Shown here: in pieces, positions 29,631 to 40,501 of the stretch
How the letters are laid out: the number at the start of each line of letters is the position of its first letter
Numbering within the stretch: position 1 is the stretch's first letter
Source of the DNA: an uncultured bacterium
GTDB lineage: Bacteria; Zixibacteria; MSB-5A5; UBA10806
Assembly: GCA_965541585.1 (NCBI GenBank)
Contig: CBEUCH010000014.1
Coordinates: 12,670 to 76,669, forward strand
Reading direction: 5' to 3'
Length of the DNA: 64,000 nucleotides
The notes under the pieces: model-generated
The model's input: the letters and a program-made list of their open reading frames with translations, nothing else
Databases searched by the model: none
What the model was told of the DNA's origin: nothing
Position numbers and translations under genes: made by a program

Positions 29631-31070
29631 ATGGTTAATATTAGGATGTCACAAATAGTGGGGCTTCGGGCCGAACTTACGGTAAGGCCCGATCTGATCC
29701 AGTCGCTGAAACTCCTGATGGAGCCTATCCTGAATCTCGAGCAGGTTTTAAGGCAGAATCTGGCCGAAAATCCCCTTCTGGAGGAGATCGAGGAGCAGGA
29801 GGAGGAGATAATACAACCCGAGGTTCCGGAGCCGGCCCGCAAGAATGACGAGAAACTCAAGGAGATCGACTGGCAGGAGTTCTTAGGCGAGGAGAATGAA
29901 TGGGTTTCGGGGCATTACAGGGATTTTTCCGAAAGCGACGAGGAGAGAACCGAGCGGACCCAGGTTGTGGAGAAAACTCTTTATGATCATCTTTTCGAGC
30001 AGCTTGGCTATACCCGTCTGAGCGATGAGGAGATTGAAATAGGAGCATACATTATAGGCAATATTGATGAATCCGGTTTTTTGCAATCGGAAGTCAACAG
30101 GATGGCCGAGGAGCTTCAGAAGGATCCGGAGATGGTTGAGAAGGTATTGAAGGTTATCAAGAAGTTTGACCCTCCGGGGGTCGCTTCACGTGATCTGCGC
30201 GAATGTCTCCTGGCTCAGCTCGAGGAACAAGGGCTTAACGGTTCTCTGGTATGGGAGCTTGTGGATGAACATCTTTACACGCTTGATAAGAAAAGCGTTT
30301 CTCAGCTCTCCAAACTGACGGGAGCATCGCCTGAGAAGGTACAGTCTGCGCTGGATATCATAAAGAGTCTATCGCCAAAGCCGGCTCAGGGTCAATTTGT
30401 GAAACCCGCGGCAGCAGTGGTGCCGGATCTGATTGTCGAGAAAATGGACGGGGACTATGTGATCTTTCATAACGATAAGAATCTTCCCAGAATGCGTATC
30501 AATCAATCCTACCGGTCTTTGATCAGGCGGGGTAATAAAACCCCGGAAACCACAAAGAATTATATTCGTGAAAAGCTGGAGCAGGCCCGATGGCTCATTA
30601 ACGCCATAAACCAGAGGCGGAGCACCATGATTAACGTTATGGAAGCCATAGTGGAGGAACAAGTAGGCTTTCTCGAACATGGCGAGGACCATATCAGGCC
30701 GCTGACAATGGAGCAAATAGCCGATAAAGTCGGGATGAATGTTGCTACCATATCGCGGGTGGCCAGCGGAAAATATGTCCAGACGCCTCTCGGGGTGTTC
30801 GAAATCAAATACTTTTTCAACACCGGGGTTTCGACGGCGAATGGGGAGGATCTATCAAAGCGGGTGGTGAAGAACAGGATCCAGGCTGTCATTTCGGGTG
30901 AAAACCCGGCCCTGCCACTGTCCGACCAGGAGATTGCGAATATTCTTAAAGAGGATGGTGTGAAGCTTGCCCGGCGAACAGTCACCAAATACCGTGAAGA
31001 ATTGGGCATAAAATCGGCGAGATTCAGAAAACAGTTATCGGGGAGTTCCTCCGGTTCCTCATCGATTTAG
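29631..31070 (+). CDS. rpoN: RNA polymerase sigma-54 factor
   Basis: Acidic Glu-rich region II, HTH, and C-terminal RpoN box ARRTVTKYRE. Confidence 0.9.
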   Translation: MVNIRMSQIVGLRAELTVRPDLIQSLKLLMEPILNLEQVLRQNLAENPLLEEIEEQEEEIIQPEVPEPARKNDEKLKEIDWQEFLGEENEWVSGHYRDFSESDEERTERTQVVEKTLYDHLFEQLGYTRLSDEEIEIGAYIIGNIDESGFLQSEVNRMAEELQKDPEMVEKVLKVIKKFDPPGVASRDLRECLLAQLEEQGLNGSLVWELVDEHLYTLDKKSVSQLSKLTGASPEKVQSALDIIKSLSPKPAQGQFVKPAAAVVPDLIVEKMDGDYVIFHNDKNLPRMRINQSYRSLIRRGNKTPETTKNYIREKLEQARWLINAINQRRSTMINVMEAIVEEQVGFLEHGEDHIRPLTMEQIADKVGMNVATISRVASGKYVQTPLGVFEIKYFFNTGVSTANGEDLSKRVVKNRIQAVISGENPALPLSDQEIANILKEDGVKLARRTVTKYREELGIKSARFRKQLSGSSSGSSSI

Positions 31071-31464
31071 ATATCCCGGATCTGGCGATCGTCCGTATCG
31101 AATCTAACGTATAAAAATGCTTGCCTGCCGCCTGAAATCCTCATAAATTGGTTTCCAAATTATGGAACACGGTATCGTGAGAATGCGCTTCCCCGGTCTG
31201 AACTTGGCCGGTTTTTGTATTAAAATGAAATCTAAACGGAGACAATTCTTAGGCTAAATGATTTAATGCCATTGAATTCTAGGCGGATACAGGACAGAGG
31301 CCCGATGCCGAAAATAAGCATGGGAATAGGGGAGTATTTCGATATCGAGCCCCGAAATCAGATAATGGTCACCCGGTTTGAAATCTTTGAAACAAAGCTT
31401 GATCCCACCAGGTAGAATCGGCATAGCGCCGGATTGCCGTCGAAACCGATTGAGAGGTGTTTAA

Positions 31465-31821
31465 ATGGATATTAGAACAACAGCGAGACACTTCCAGCTG
31501 ACCGATAACCTGAGGAAATATTCTGAGAATGAGATAAAGAGACTGGAGAAATACTACGATCATATAATAGACACCCATCTGACAATGTCGGTGGAGAAGT
31601 CCAGGCAAATAGCGGAATTGATCGTAAAGGTTTATGGCACGGTACTTACATCCAAGGCCAAGGCCTTCGATATGTATGTCGCTGTCGAGCAGGTCATCAG
31701 TAAAATGGAGACTCAGATAAAGAAGTATAAAGCCAAGCTCAGGGATAGGAAGAGTGCCAGGAAATCACCGCTGAAAACGCGGAATTTCAATGTCGAGACA
31801 GAGGAAACGGAGGACGAGTAA
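31465..31821 (+). CDS. hpf: ribosome hibernation promoting factor / sigma-54 modulation protein
   Basis: 118 aa with N-terminus MDIRTTARHFQLTDNLR. Conserved position after rpoN. Confidence 0.85.
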   Translation: MDIRTTARHFQLTDNLRKYSENEIKRLEKYYDHIIDTHLTMSVEKSRQIAELIVKVYGTVLTSKAKAFDMYVAVEQVISKMETQIKKYKAKLRDRKSARKSPLKTRNFNVETEETEDE

Positions 31822-31826
31822 CAGAT

Positions 31827-32795
31827 ATGCCAACCCTCACAGTCGGCAAGTTGATCTCGGAAAAGCGTGATTTTCTGGAACTGTTTCCGCTTCTGGAGGG
31901 GATAGGATATGAGAAGTCTCTGAAGGACAGCCAGATTCATCGTCCCGGGCTGGCCCTGACGGGATTTAACGAACGGTTTCCCAATGATAGAACCCAGGTT
32001 CTCGGGCAGACGGAGATTTCCTATCTGAATAGCCTTACAGACAGCCAGCTCGACGAGCGTTTAGCTAATCTATTCGCCTTTGATATTCCTCTTTTTATTG
32101 TAACCAAAGGCATGGTTCCTCCGAATAAATTTCTCCGTTACGCCGAAAATTCCGGCACTGCGGTTTTGCAGACAAATCTTTCGACGACAGAATTGATAGG
32201 CCGGCTCTCTGCTTATCTTATCAACATTTTCGCTCCCCAGACCACTATTCACGGTTCATTGGTGGATGTTTATGGTGTTGGCCTTCTTTATACGGGAAAA
32301 TCGGGGATAGGAAAGTCCGAATGCGCTCTCGATCTCGTCGAACGGGGGCATAGGTTGGTGGCCGATGACTCCATAAAGATCACGAAAAAGACGCCCGACG
32401 TTATCGTGGGCCATGCGGTCGAAAAACTGGGCCATCATATGGAAGTACGCGGCATCGGGATCATCGATATTGAAAAACTGTTCGGGATAAGGGCTATTAG
32501 ATTGCAGAAAAGGATCGAGGTGGAGGTTCGTCTGGAACGCTGGGATGAATCCAAGGAATATGATCGCCTGGGGATCGATGATCATCGGACGTCGATACTG
32601 GGAGTTGAAATTCCTTATGTGGTTATCCCGGTTTCCCCGGGAAAGAATATAACGGTGATTTCCGAGGTCATCAGCATGAATCATATGCTGAAAGTCTACG
32701 GCGAAAACACCGCCCAGAGATTTATTCAGAAGCTAACGGAGGAAATCGCTCGTAGGAAGACCACGCTGGCTTATCTCGAGGCTGATATGGAATAG
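31827..32795 (+). CDS. hprK: HPr kinase/phosphorylase
   Basis: Walker A GKSGIGKSE and motif LVADD. 322 aa. Confidence 0.9.
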   Translation: MPTLTVGKLISEKRDFLELFPLLEGIGYEKSLKDSQIHRPGLALTGFNERFPNDRTQVLGQTEISYLNSLTDSQLDERLANLFAFDIPLFIVTKGMVPPNKFLRYAENSGTAVLQTNLSTTELIGRLSAYLINIFAPQTTIHGSLVDVYGVGLLYTGKSGIGKSECALDLVERGHRLVADDSIKITKKTPDVIVGHAVEKLGHHMEVRGIGIIDIEKLFGIRAIRLQKRIEVEVRLERWDESKEYDRLGIDDHRTSILGVEIPYVVIPVSPGKNITVISEVISMNHMLKVYGENTAQRFIQKLTEEIARRKTTLAYLEADME

Positions 32796-32933
32796 CGATT
32801 CAAGAAAGCAGACCGCTTTATCCGGCGGACTGCTTTCCGGAGACGCCGTTACAAATAAATGTTTTATGATCCGCTGAAACCAAATCCTATTCCTGCCGAA
32901 TATAAATGTTAGAGAGAGGTTAGAGGGAACAAG

Positions 32934-33830
32934 ATGCGAGATCTTTCGGTCGAGTTAAAAGTGGGAACGGTCGTCATCGTGGCGGCCCTTATATTATTTT
33001 TCGGAATAGTCTGGGTGAAGGATTATAAATTCAACGTAAAAAGGTATGATTATTCAGTATTGTTTCCCAATATTGGCACTCTCGAGGTGGGAGACCCGGT
33101 CAGCGTCCTGGGCGTCAAAAAAGGGGGGGTTAAGAAGATCGTCCTTTCAGGCAACGATGTTCTGGTGACGTTCAATCTTACGGATGATGTCGATCTGAGA
33201 AACGACGCTATATTTACGGTCATGAATATCGGCCTCATGGGGGAGCGATTCATCAATATTATCCCCGGCGTGTCAGCGGTGCCGCTGGATCTTTCCTATC
33301 CCGTGCATGGTTTCTATGACACAGGTATTCCTGAGGTGATGGGTATGATGGGCGCCGCCATCGATGAGGTCCGGCATCTGGTAGCCATACTCGAAGGTAC
33401 GGTGGGCACTCCTGAGGCGACGACGTCCATCAAGAACATAATAGCCAATATGGAACGAATATCGAGCGATTTGCGTATGCTGACAGAGGAGAATACGGAG
33501 AAGATGTCGCAGACTGTGGAGGATCTCTCGGTCTCGTCAGCCAGGATGAGGGATTTCGTGGATCGCAATGAACAGAAGCTTCAGGGTACGCTTGATAACT
33601 TCAACGAGGCATCAGGAAACATCGCCGTCTTTTCAGGGAGGATGGATAGTCTATCGATGTCGGTTCAAAATTTAATCGCCGATATGGAAGCGGGGCAGGG
33701 GACTCTGGGAAGAATGCTGAAAGAGGATTCTCTATATCAGAGCCTTTATAAAACTGCTGTTGATTTGGATTCTCTTATTACGGATTTCAAGGCCAATCCC
33801 AAGAAATATATCCACTTCTCAATATTCTGA
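32934..33830 (+). CDS. MCE/MlaD-family protein
   Basis: N-terminal TM, then an MCE-like beta domain (VGDPVSVLGVKKGGVKKIVL). 298 aa. Confidence 0.65.
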   Translation: MRDLSVELKVGTVVIVAALILFFGIVWVKDYKFNVKRYDYSVLFPNIGTLEVGDPVSVLGVKKGGVKKIVLSGNDVLVTFNLTDDVDLRNDAIFTVMNIGLMGERFINIIPGVSAVPLDLSYPVHGFYDTGIPEVMGMMGAAIDEVRHLVAILEGTVGTPEATTSIKNIIANMERISSDLRMLTEENTEKMSQTVEDLSVSSARMRDFVDRNEQKLQGTLDNFNEASGNIAVFSGRMDSLSMSVQNLIADMEAGQGTLGRMLKEDSLYQSLYKTAVDLDSLITDFKANPKKYIHFSIF

Positions 33831-35962
33831 TGGTACGCCTCGTTTTCGGGATACATATCCACCAGCCGGTTGGGAATTTCGATTCCGTTTTTGAATCTGC
33901 CTATGATAAATGCTACCTGCCCTTCTTGAAAACGATCGCTAACCACCCATCCATCAAATTCTGCCTTCATGCCACGGGGCCGCTTTATCACTGGATCGAA
34001 CAAAATAAACCGGAGTGGTTTGAACTCTTGAGAGGGATGCTGGCTTCCGGTCAGGTGGATATGATGGGCGGCGGATTTTACGAACCGATTTTAAGCGCCA
34101 TACCGATGGAGGATAGCATCGGCCAGATCGAGAAAATGTCAGACTATATAGAACAGAAGTTTGGTGTTGTCCCGAAGGGCATGTGGACCGCGGAACGCGT
34201 CTGGGAACCGGGCCTGCCGGCGATAATGGCGCGGGCGGGGATGACCTATACCGTCCTGGATGATACTCATTTTCGATGGGCGGGTTTGAAAGAAGACCAG
34301 CTTTTCGGGTACTATATTACAGAGGATGGTGGTCTACCGGTTTATGTTTTTCCAATCAGCAAATTCCTAAGATACAGCATACCGTTTCAGCAGCCGCGGG
34401 CGACAATAGAATATCTGAAAAAACTATATGACGAACGGGGCGATATTATTGTGGTGTATGCCGACGACGGCGAGAAATTCGGCGTCTGGCCCGGCACTCA
34501 TAACACCTGTTACAACGAAAGGTGGCTGGAACGTTTTTTCCACCAGCTGGCGGAAAACGTCGGCTGGATAAAGCCGGTATTTTTTTCTGAGGCGATTGAG
34601 GAATTACCGGCTATCGGCAGAGTCTATCTTCCAACATCATCATACGCCGAGATGGGACAATGGTCATTGCCGCCGGATGGATTCGGAGAATATGAACAGA
34701 TAGAGAATAAGTTCAAGGACGAAAAGCTCTGGGACGAATACGGTTATCTCATTCGGGGAGGTTTCTGGCGCAATTTTATGACGAAATATCCAGAGGCCAA
34801 CAATATGCATAAGAAAATGATGTATCTTACATATCAAATCCGGGAGGCCTCGGAGAAGAAGACCCTCGATGACGATACTCTCGCCAGGGTCATCGATCTC
34901 AAATGGCAGGGGCAATGTAATTGTCCTTACTGGCACGGGATATTCGGCGGATTGTATCTAAATCATTTAAGGCATGCCACCTATTCGCGTTTTCTACAGG
35001 CCGAGTCGATGCTCGAGAGCGTCAAAGAAGAATCGTTTATCGAACATGAGGTGTTCGATTTTGACATAGACGGCCACGAGGAGGTAATATTAAAAAACCG
35101 CTACATAAACCTTTATATATCGCCGTCTCTCGGAGGCTCGATTTTCGAACTCGATTATAAGCCGGCATCGATAAATCTTCTGGACACCATGACCAGACGG
35201 AAGGAGGGTTACCATAGCAGGCTTGTGCAGGCGACGCCGGCAGACGATTCGGCGGAAGGTTCGATCCACGACAGGGTCGAGGTTAAAGAGGGAGGGCTGG
35301 AGAAATATCTGATTTATGACTGGTACCGGCGAACAGGTTTCCTCGATCATTTCCTGGAGCGGGATGTCGATATCGAGAAATTCGCCGGAAACGAATACAC
35401 CGAATGCGGGGATTTTGTCGATCAGCCTTACTCTGCAGAGCTGGTCAAAAAGGAAGATCGGGTCGGGCTGGTGATGGCTAGAGACGGGCATGTCTGGATT
35501 AACAAAATCTGGGCGCCGGTAATCGTGGGGAAAATGGTAGTCCTCTGGTCCGGTAGTCCGAAGTTTGATGTTTTTTACCGTGTGGAAAACAAATCCGATT
35601 CGCATCTGAAATCTCTGTTCGGGATCGAAACCGCCTGGGCCATGCTGGCGGGGAATTCGCCTGACAGGTTTTATCATATCGATGGTTCTAAACCTGCGGC
35701 CTGCGAAATGCTCTCGAGCGGCGTGATTTCAGACTCGGAAATTTTCGGAATCAGGGATAATGCTTTAAAGTATGACATCACCCTGAAGGCTGATCAAAAA
35801 CTCGATTGGTGGCGATTCCCGATTGAGACTGTCAGCCTGTCGGAGAATGGATTTGAACGAAATTACCAGCAGTCAACGGTCATGCCGGTCGTGAAACTGG
35901 ACCTGGGGCCGGGTGATTCCGCAAAAATAAGAATCACCGTAGAAATCAACAAAACTGAATAA
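33830..35962 (+). CDS. glycoside hydrolase family 57 enzyme (4-alpha-glucanotransferase/amylase-like) with C-terminal extension
   Basis: N-terminus VFGIHIHQPVGNF (GH57 HxHQP signature). 710 aa. Confidence 0.7.
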   Translation: MVRLVFGIHIHQPVGNFDSVFESAYDKCYLPFLKTIANHPSIKFCLHATGPLYHWIEQNKPEWFELLRGMLASGQVDMMGGGFYEPILSAIPMEDSIGQIEKMSDYIEQKFGVVPKGMWTAERVWEPGLPAIMARAGMTYTVLDDTHFRWAGLKEDQLFGYYITEDGGLPVYVFPISKFLRYSIPFQQPRATIEYLKKLYDERGDIIVVYADDGEKFGVWPGTHNTCYNERWLERFFHQLAENVGWIKPVFFSEAIEELPAIGRVYLPTSSYAEMGQWSLPPDGFGEYEQIENKFKDEKLWDEYGYLIRGGFWRNFMTKYPEANNMHKKMMYLTYQIREASEKKTLDDDTLARVIDLKWQGQCNCPYWHGIFGGLYLNHLRHATYSRFLQAESMLESVKEESFIEHEVFDFDIDGHEEVILKNRYINLYISPSLGGSIFELDYKPASINLLDTMTRRKEGYHSRLVQATPADDSAEGSIHDRVEVKEGGLEKYLIYDWYRRTGFLDHFLERDVDIEKFAGNEYTECGDFVDQPYSAELVKKEDRVGLVMARDGHVWINKIWAPVIVGKMVVLWSGSPKFDVFYRVENKSDSHLKSLFGIETAWAMLAGNSPDRFYHIDGSKPAACEMLSSGVISDSEIFGIRDNALKYDITLKADQKLDWWRFPIETVSLSENGFERNYQQSTVMPVVKLDLGPGDSAKIRITVEINKTE

Positions 35963-36454
35963 TCATTGAATATCAGGCCATTCCCCCCTGAGGTTTTCAT
36001 AGGGGATGGCGGACTTAAGCTTCCTCAACAACGCCTTATAATGACTGCCCTTCCAGTAAAATCTCTTACAAGAGGGGCATCGTTTGATGATATCCTGGGT
36101 CTTCAGGATAAAAGGGAAAACCTCCGTGGAGATTGTGCGTTTATCTACGATGTGGCAAAGGTCGTTGCATCTGGAGCACCGGTTGAACAACAGCTCGGGG
36201 TCGATTTTTAAATTTAATTCCTGAATTACTTTAGAGAGCTGATTCAAGGGGTTATCGTTTTCCAGAATAAAGATACCATAGGGGATGCTCATCGATGATA
36301 ATTTATGGTCGCGTGTTAACAAATATCGTTCCTCGGAGGCTGCGGTTCTGAGCAGTTTGCTATCGTCGATGCTCTCGTCGAAATGGGTATCGAACCCCAG
36401 TACGCGCAGGTAGCCGGCGAGCTTGCCCAGGTTATCGTCGCAAATGAACTTCAC
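35963..36454 (-). CDS. Mut7-C/DUF82 PIN-like RNase domain protein with C-terminal zinc ribbon
   Basis: MKFICDDNLGKLAGYLRVLGFDT.. N-terminus, and CSRCN...CPSCK cysteines. Confidence 0.6.
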   Translation of the reverse strand: MKFICDDNLGKLAGYLRVLGFDTHFDESIDDSKLLRTAASEERYLLTRDHKLSSMSIPYGIFILENDNPLNQLSKVIQELNLKIDPELLFNRCSRCNDLCHIVDKRTISTEVFPFILKTQDIIKRCPSCKRFYWKGSHYKALLRKLKSAIPYENLRGEWPDIQ

Positions 36455-36572
36455 AGCTGAAATCTAACAGCGGTCGGTGCATCGGTCAAGCGTCCCGCCT
36501 CCTATTTCGGGTAGTTTTTGCTTGACTACAGGGAAGCATCGGCTATTATTATTTTTCGCCGCGGTAAGGCGT

Positions 36573-36644
36573 GGGGGTGTAGCTCAGTGGTAGAGCATCT
36601 GCCTTTTAAGCAGGTGGTCGAAGGTTCAATCCCTTCCACCCTCA
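36573..36644 (+). tRNA. tRNA-Lys (anticodon TTT)
   Basis: Cloverleaf traced by hand: acceptor gggggtg/caccctc, D-arm tagctcagtggtagagca, anticodon loop cttttaa, T-arm ggttcaatccc. CCA not encoded. Confidence 0.8.
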
Positions 36645-36671
36645 TTTGAGATGAGAAAAAGATGTTTCAAT

Positions 36672-36745
36672 GCGCCTTTAGCTCAGCTAGGTAGAGCAGC
36701 TGACTCTTAATCAGGAGGTCGTAGGTTCGATCCCTACAAGGCGCA
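36672..36745 (+). tRNA. tRNA-Lys (anticodon CTT, read by hand; Arg-TCT not fully excluded)
   Basis: Acceptor gcgcctt/aaggcgc, D-arm tagctcagctaggtagagca, anticodon loop ctcttaa, T-arm ggttcgatccc. Confidence 0.7.
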
Positions 36746-36991
36746 TTTTATGATACCACATAATGAAAAATCCGCGCCAGGAATCGGACCGGAACCTCCC
36801 GGATCGTAAGTGTTTATTATTCAGCCAGTTTTATTGTAGTTAACAGTGTAGCCCGTGACGAACCATCCAAATAAGCCAATTCGGGGGATTATTTTGTATA
36901 TGTATCCTTATCTTCAAACTTCCTATTGACATATGGCGAAATTGGAGATAAAAGATAGAATGAGATCAAACTCACGCACTGAGGATTATTG

Positions 36992-37117
36992 ATGCCAGCT
37001 AAGAAAAAACGCTTAAAAAAAACTCGCTGTACCGGCAGGACGAAAAACGGGAAAAGGTGCAATCGCCAGGTGTTTCCGCCCGTCAAATACTGCCATCTTC
37101 ATAGGAAAAAGGAATAA
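36992..37117 (+). CDS. possible 41 aa basic zinc-ribbon peptide (MPAKKKRLKKTRCTGRTKNGKRCNRQVFPPVKYCHLHRKKE)
   Basis: Short ORF below the ORF-track cutoff, downstream of the tRNAs. C-x12-C ... C-x2-H spacing. Confidence 0.25.
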   Translation: MPAKKKRLKKTRCTGRTKNGKRCNRQVFPPVKYCHLHRKKE

Positions 37118-37387
37118 TGGCCTGCCTCCGGGATTTTTCTTGCTTGTTATTTGACCGACCTTAATATTTGAATCTATAAACGGGAAATAAGCATCCCCGG
37201 CGATATTGTGGCAAGGCTAATTTAGCAGGCGGCTGCCAACAGTCCGATGGATATATACTTGAGAGCAACTATAAAAGGCTTGACATAAGAGCCATAATAT
37301 ATTAACTATGAATTGGTTAGTATTATTGCTTCTCTCAGATAAGCGTCGTTGTTGATAAGTAAACCTTAAGATTATGCGGAGATCATC

Positions 37388-38506
37388 ATGAGGCTAATCG
37401 CTATGACGTTGTTATTGATATTTCTGTTAGCGCCACCAATTTGTATTATGGCGCAGTCGAATCTTAGCGCAGATTTAGTAATGTCCAGTCAAAAGGATAA
37501 TGGTCCACGGTCGGCCCTGACTTACTATGACTATCCTCTCTATCGGCTCGGGGATTGTAATGGGGATGGTTGGTGTAACTATGGTGATCTTGTGACTCTT
37601 ATCCGCGACTACCAGGGTTGGCCCCCGGAACCGTGCATGCCGGCAGGGGACATTAATGACGATGGAGAAATGAATATCTTGGATATTATCGATCTCATCT
37701 TCTGGCTGAGGCAGTACCAGGGGAATAACCCACCGGCCAATGAATGCCCATGGGAGGTTCCGGATGCTGAAACCGGCGGCGGCTTATGTATAGATAATTG
37801 CATTGGCGATCCGGGGGAGACCGTTTATATAGGCGTCTATGTTCAAACCTCCTTAATGAATTGCTTTCATTTTTCATTGGCTTACGACAATGAAAATGTT
37901 GAGAATATATTCTTTGGCGATGTAAATCCCATTTTCTATGATGTTTCCTGGTCAGACTGGGCAATCATAAGGGAGAATATGCCGCCTGGAAATGATGATA
38001 CTCTAAACACAGTAACTCTTGCCCTGTTCGGTGGTGACGAAGCCGGTAATATTTTTTCTCCGATTGAACTTCCCGAGTTGACGTGGGCATTTGACATCGG
38101 CGTGACAATTTCTCCCGGCTCTCAGGGAGGTTATCATCCCCTTCTTCTGGAGGCCGACCCTTATTTCGGACCGCCGATGTTTCACGCGGAATTCGGTTGG
38201 GATTGGTATGAATTTCCCGCAGTCACCGATAATTGCATATATATACCCGGCGATTGTGATCATAACGGAACAGCATTGGAACTGGTAGATGTGGTAGCCA
38301 TGGTCGGGATGTACAGGGGCACCATCGAAGCTGACTATACATGCGCCTGTGGAGTTCGGGGATGCAGTTTTTCTCCGCAGGCCGATCCAAATGGCAATTG
38401 TATATCTTTTGAACTTACTGACGTTGTTATCGAGATAGGTGCCTACAGGAATGATCCGCCTGGTACAGTTGCCCAGGGTTGTCCTGACTGTCCGGGGTCC
38501 CGCTGA
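37388..38506 (+). CDS. secreted protein with dockerin-type calcium-binding repeats
   Basis: Signal peptide. Repeats GDCNGDGWCNYGDLVTLI, GDINDDGEMNILDIIDLIFWL, GDCDHNGTALELVDVVAMV. Lower GC than its neighbours. Confidence 0.6.
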   Translation: MRLIAMTLLLIFLLAPPICIMAQSNLSADLVMSSQKDNGPRSALTYYDYPLYRLGDCNGDGWCNYGDLVTLIRDYQGWPPEPCMPAGDINDDGEMNILDIIDLIFWLRQYQGNNPPANECPWEVPDAETGGGLCIDNCIGDPGETVYIGVYVQTSLMNCFHFSLAYDNENVENIFFGDVNPIFYDVSWSDWAIIRENMPPGNDDTLNTVTLALFGGDEAGNIFSPIELPELTWAFDIGVTISPGSQGGYHPLLLEADPYFGPPMFHAEFGWDWYEFPAVTDNCIYIPGDCDHNGTALELVDVVAMVGMYRGTIEADYTCACGVRGCSFSPQADPNGNCISFELTDVVIEIGAYRNDPPGTVAQGCPDCPGSR

Positions 38507-38883
38507 TTGATCCCGGATGAAGGTGATTATCCATTGGCAGTGCCATCTTCCAAATCAAATGCCAGGATTGGCATCAAAAAACTTCCGGACTAAAGCGATT
38601 GACTGATAGTAAGCAAAGATAAAAGAGGCTGCCATCACGATCGCCCCTTTTCTCACTCTACTTTCAAAGGCGCATTTTCCATCTATTCTCAGAAATCAGA
38701 AGTCTCGAGATCCGAACCGCCGTATCCCGCATTTTAGGGCTTGACTGTACAGAATAATTGTTGGATCATGTGAGACCACCGTGTGCGTGATGAGATGGTT
38801 GTTCCCAGCATTCAATGGTAGATTTTATTTTTAATTTTTAAAACATGGCAAATATCGGTTACCGAACCCAATAATAATGGAGG

Positions 38884-39270
38884 ATGGATATGAAAAACGT
38901 GGGTAAAATAGTGCTGTACGGTTTCTTGTTATGGCTAATACCGTTCTTGGTTTCGTTTCCGATTTTTACATTACGTGAATCCAACCGGGCGCTTTTCGAA
39001 TCTATTATGCCGGTAGTGGTGACGATCGCGGTTGTGGTTCTGGCCATCCTGTATATCCGGAAGAGGGAAACGTTCTCCGCTGGCGACGGATTACAGATAG
39101 GAATAATCTGGCTTATAATATGTATCCTGATAGATCTGCCATTGTTCATTTTTGGGGGGCCGATGAAGATGTCGTTGGGGCAGTATATGGCGGATATAGG
39201 GCTGACCTATGTCATCATCCCGACGGTGACGGTCGGGTATGGATATCTCATGGGGATCAGAAGACAATAG
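38884..39270 (+). CDS. small hypothetical membrane protein (4 TM)
   Basis: 128 aa hydrophobic ORF. Confidence 0.4.
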   Translation: MDMKNVGKIVLYGFLLWLIPFLVSFPIFTLRESNRALFESIMPVVVTIAVVVLAILYIRKRETFSAGDGLQIGIIWLIICILIDLPLFIFGGPMKMSLGQYMADIGLTYVIIPTVTVGYGYLMGIRRQ

Positions 39271-39382
39271 AAAAGGCGAGGAAACATCAGAATTTACCAA
39301 TGGATTGGCAACGGTATAAGAAATTTTCCCGAATCCGCAACCCTGTTCGATTTCAAGGGTATAATAAAATATTGATGAGGGG

Positions 39383-40330
39383 TTGTTATCATTTCCTAAA
39401 AATAGATCGGCGGGCGAAATGTATCGATTAAATTCCAAGAGGGTGATATTATCATCTTTGACCGCTCTTTCGATGAGCTTTTTATTTTCGTTGACAGCTT
39501 TCGCACAGGAAGAAGCGGATAGATTTTCGCATCTGATTATTCCGGACGAGAATTCGGTACAGATTCTTACTCTTGAGGATGGATCGACCATCCTGGGGAG
39601 GATTACCGAGATCAGGGCAAGAGAAATAGTGTTTAAAAGCGATATAGGCGATTTAAGCATAGACAGGGCGAAAATCTCGGATATAGTGCTAGTTTCAGCA
39701 AGCTCCATCAGGCATGGCAGTCACTGGTTCGAAAATCCCAATTCCACCCGGCTGTTTTTCGGACCGACAGCGCGGATGTTGAAGAAAGGCAGGGGGTATT
39801 TTTCGGATTATTATATTTTCTTTCCAGGCATCGCTGTTGGAATAACCGATAATCTCAATATTGGTGGGGGGATGTCACTGTTTCCGAGAATGGATCTCCT
39901 GGACCAGGTTTACTACATAGCGCCTAAGGTTGGCGTCAAAGCGTCCCGTTACTCCAATCTTGCCGCCGGGGCATTGATAATAGCGTTGCCCCGGGAAGAT
40001 AACGAGAGCCGCACCGTGGGGGTATTATACGGTGTCGGCACATTCGGCGGTGTCGATGCCAGCCTGACCACAGGCCTGGGGTATGGAGTCGTGGATAACC
40101 ATATCGCGGATAAGCCAATGTTCATGATAGGCGGGGAGAAGAGGCTATCGAGCCGGGTTTCATTTGTCACTGAAAACTGGATTTTACCCGGAGTCGACTG
40201 GCCGATTATATCGTATGGACTGCGTTTCATGGGCCCCAGCTCGAGTTTTGATTTAGCCTTGATCAGTGTGCTGGGAAAAGGCGAGCCCCTGCCGGTTCTA
40301 CCGTATGTCGATTTCGTGATTAATTTTTAG
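39383..40330 (+). CDS. hypothetical exported protein (possible outer-membrane beta-barrel)
   Basis: Signal peptide (..LTAFAQEE), alternating hydrophobic pattern, C-terminal aromatic residue. Confidence 0.4.
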   Translation: MLSFPKNRSAGEMYRLNSKRVILSSLTALSMSFLFSLTAFAQEEADRFSHLIIPDENSVQILTLEDGSTILGRITEIRAREIVFKSDIGDLSIDRAKISDIVLVSASSIRHGSHWFENPNSTRLFFGPTARMLKKGRGYFSDYYIFFPGIAVGITDNLNIGGGMSLFPRMDLLDQVYYIAPKVGVKASRYSNLAAGALIIALPREDNESRTVGVLYGVGTFGGVDASLTTGLGYGVVDNHIADKPMFMIGGEKRLSSRVSFVTENWILPGVDWPIISYGLRFMGPSSSFDLALISVLGKGEPLPVLPYVDFVINF

Positions 40331-40501
40331 ATCCGGCAAATCAGATCGCATGATTTTCAGATCCCATGACACCCAAAATCTCATTTATCGCGCCGATTCG
40401 CTGAAACCGGGCGCTTCTATTTTGAGTATATTCCATTGGGATTGGATTGACGGATATACAGCCGATCATTATATTGAATCGGAGTTGTTCTTTGATAACA
40501 T

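Noticed and set aside
36455-37387. Possible integrase or mobile element next to the tRNA-Lys genes
   Set aside because: Only short ORFs are present there (for example 36889..37086 -), with no recombinase motifs. No direct repeats of the tRNA 3' ends were found nearby.
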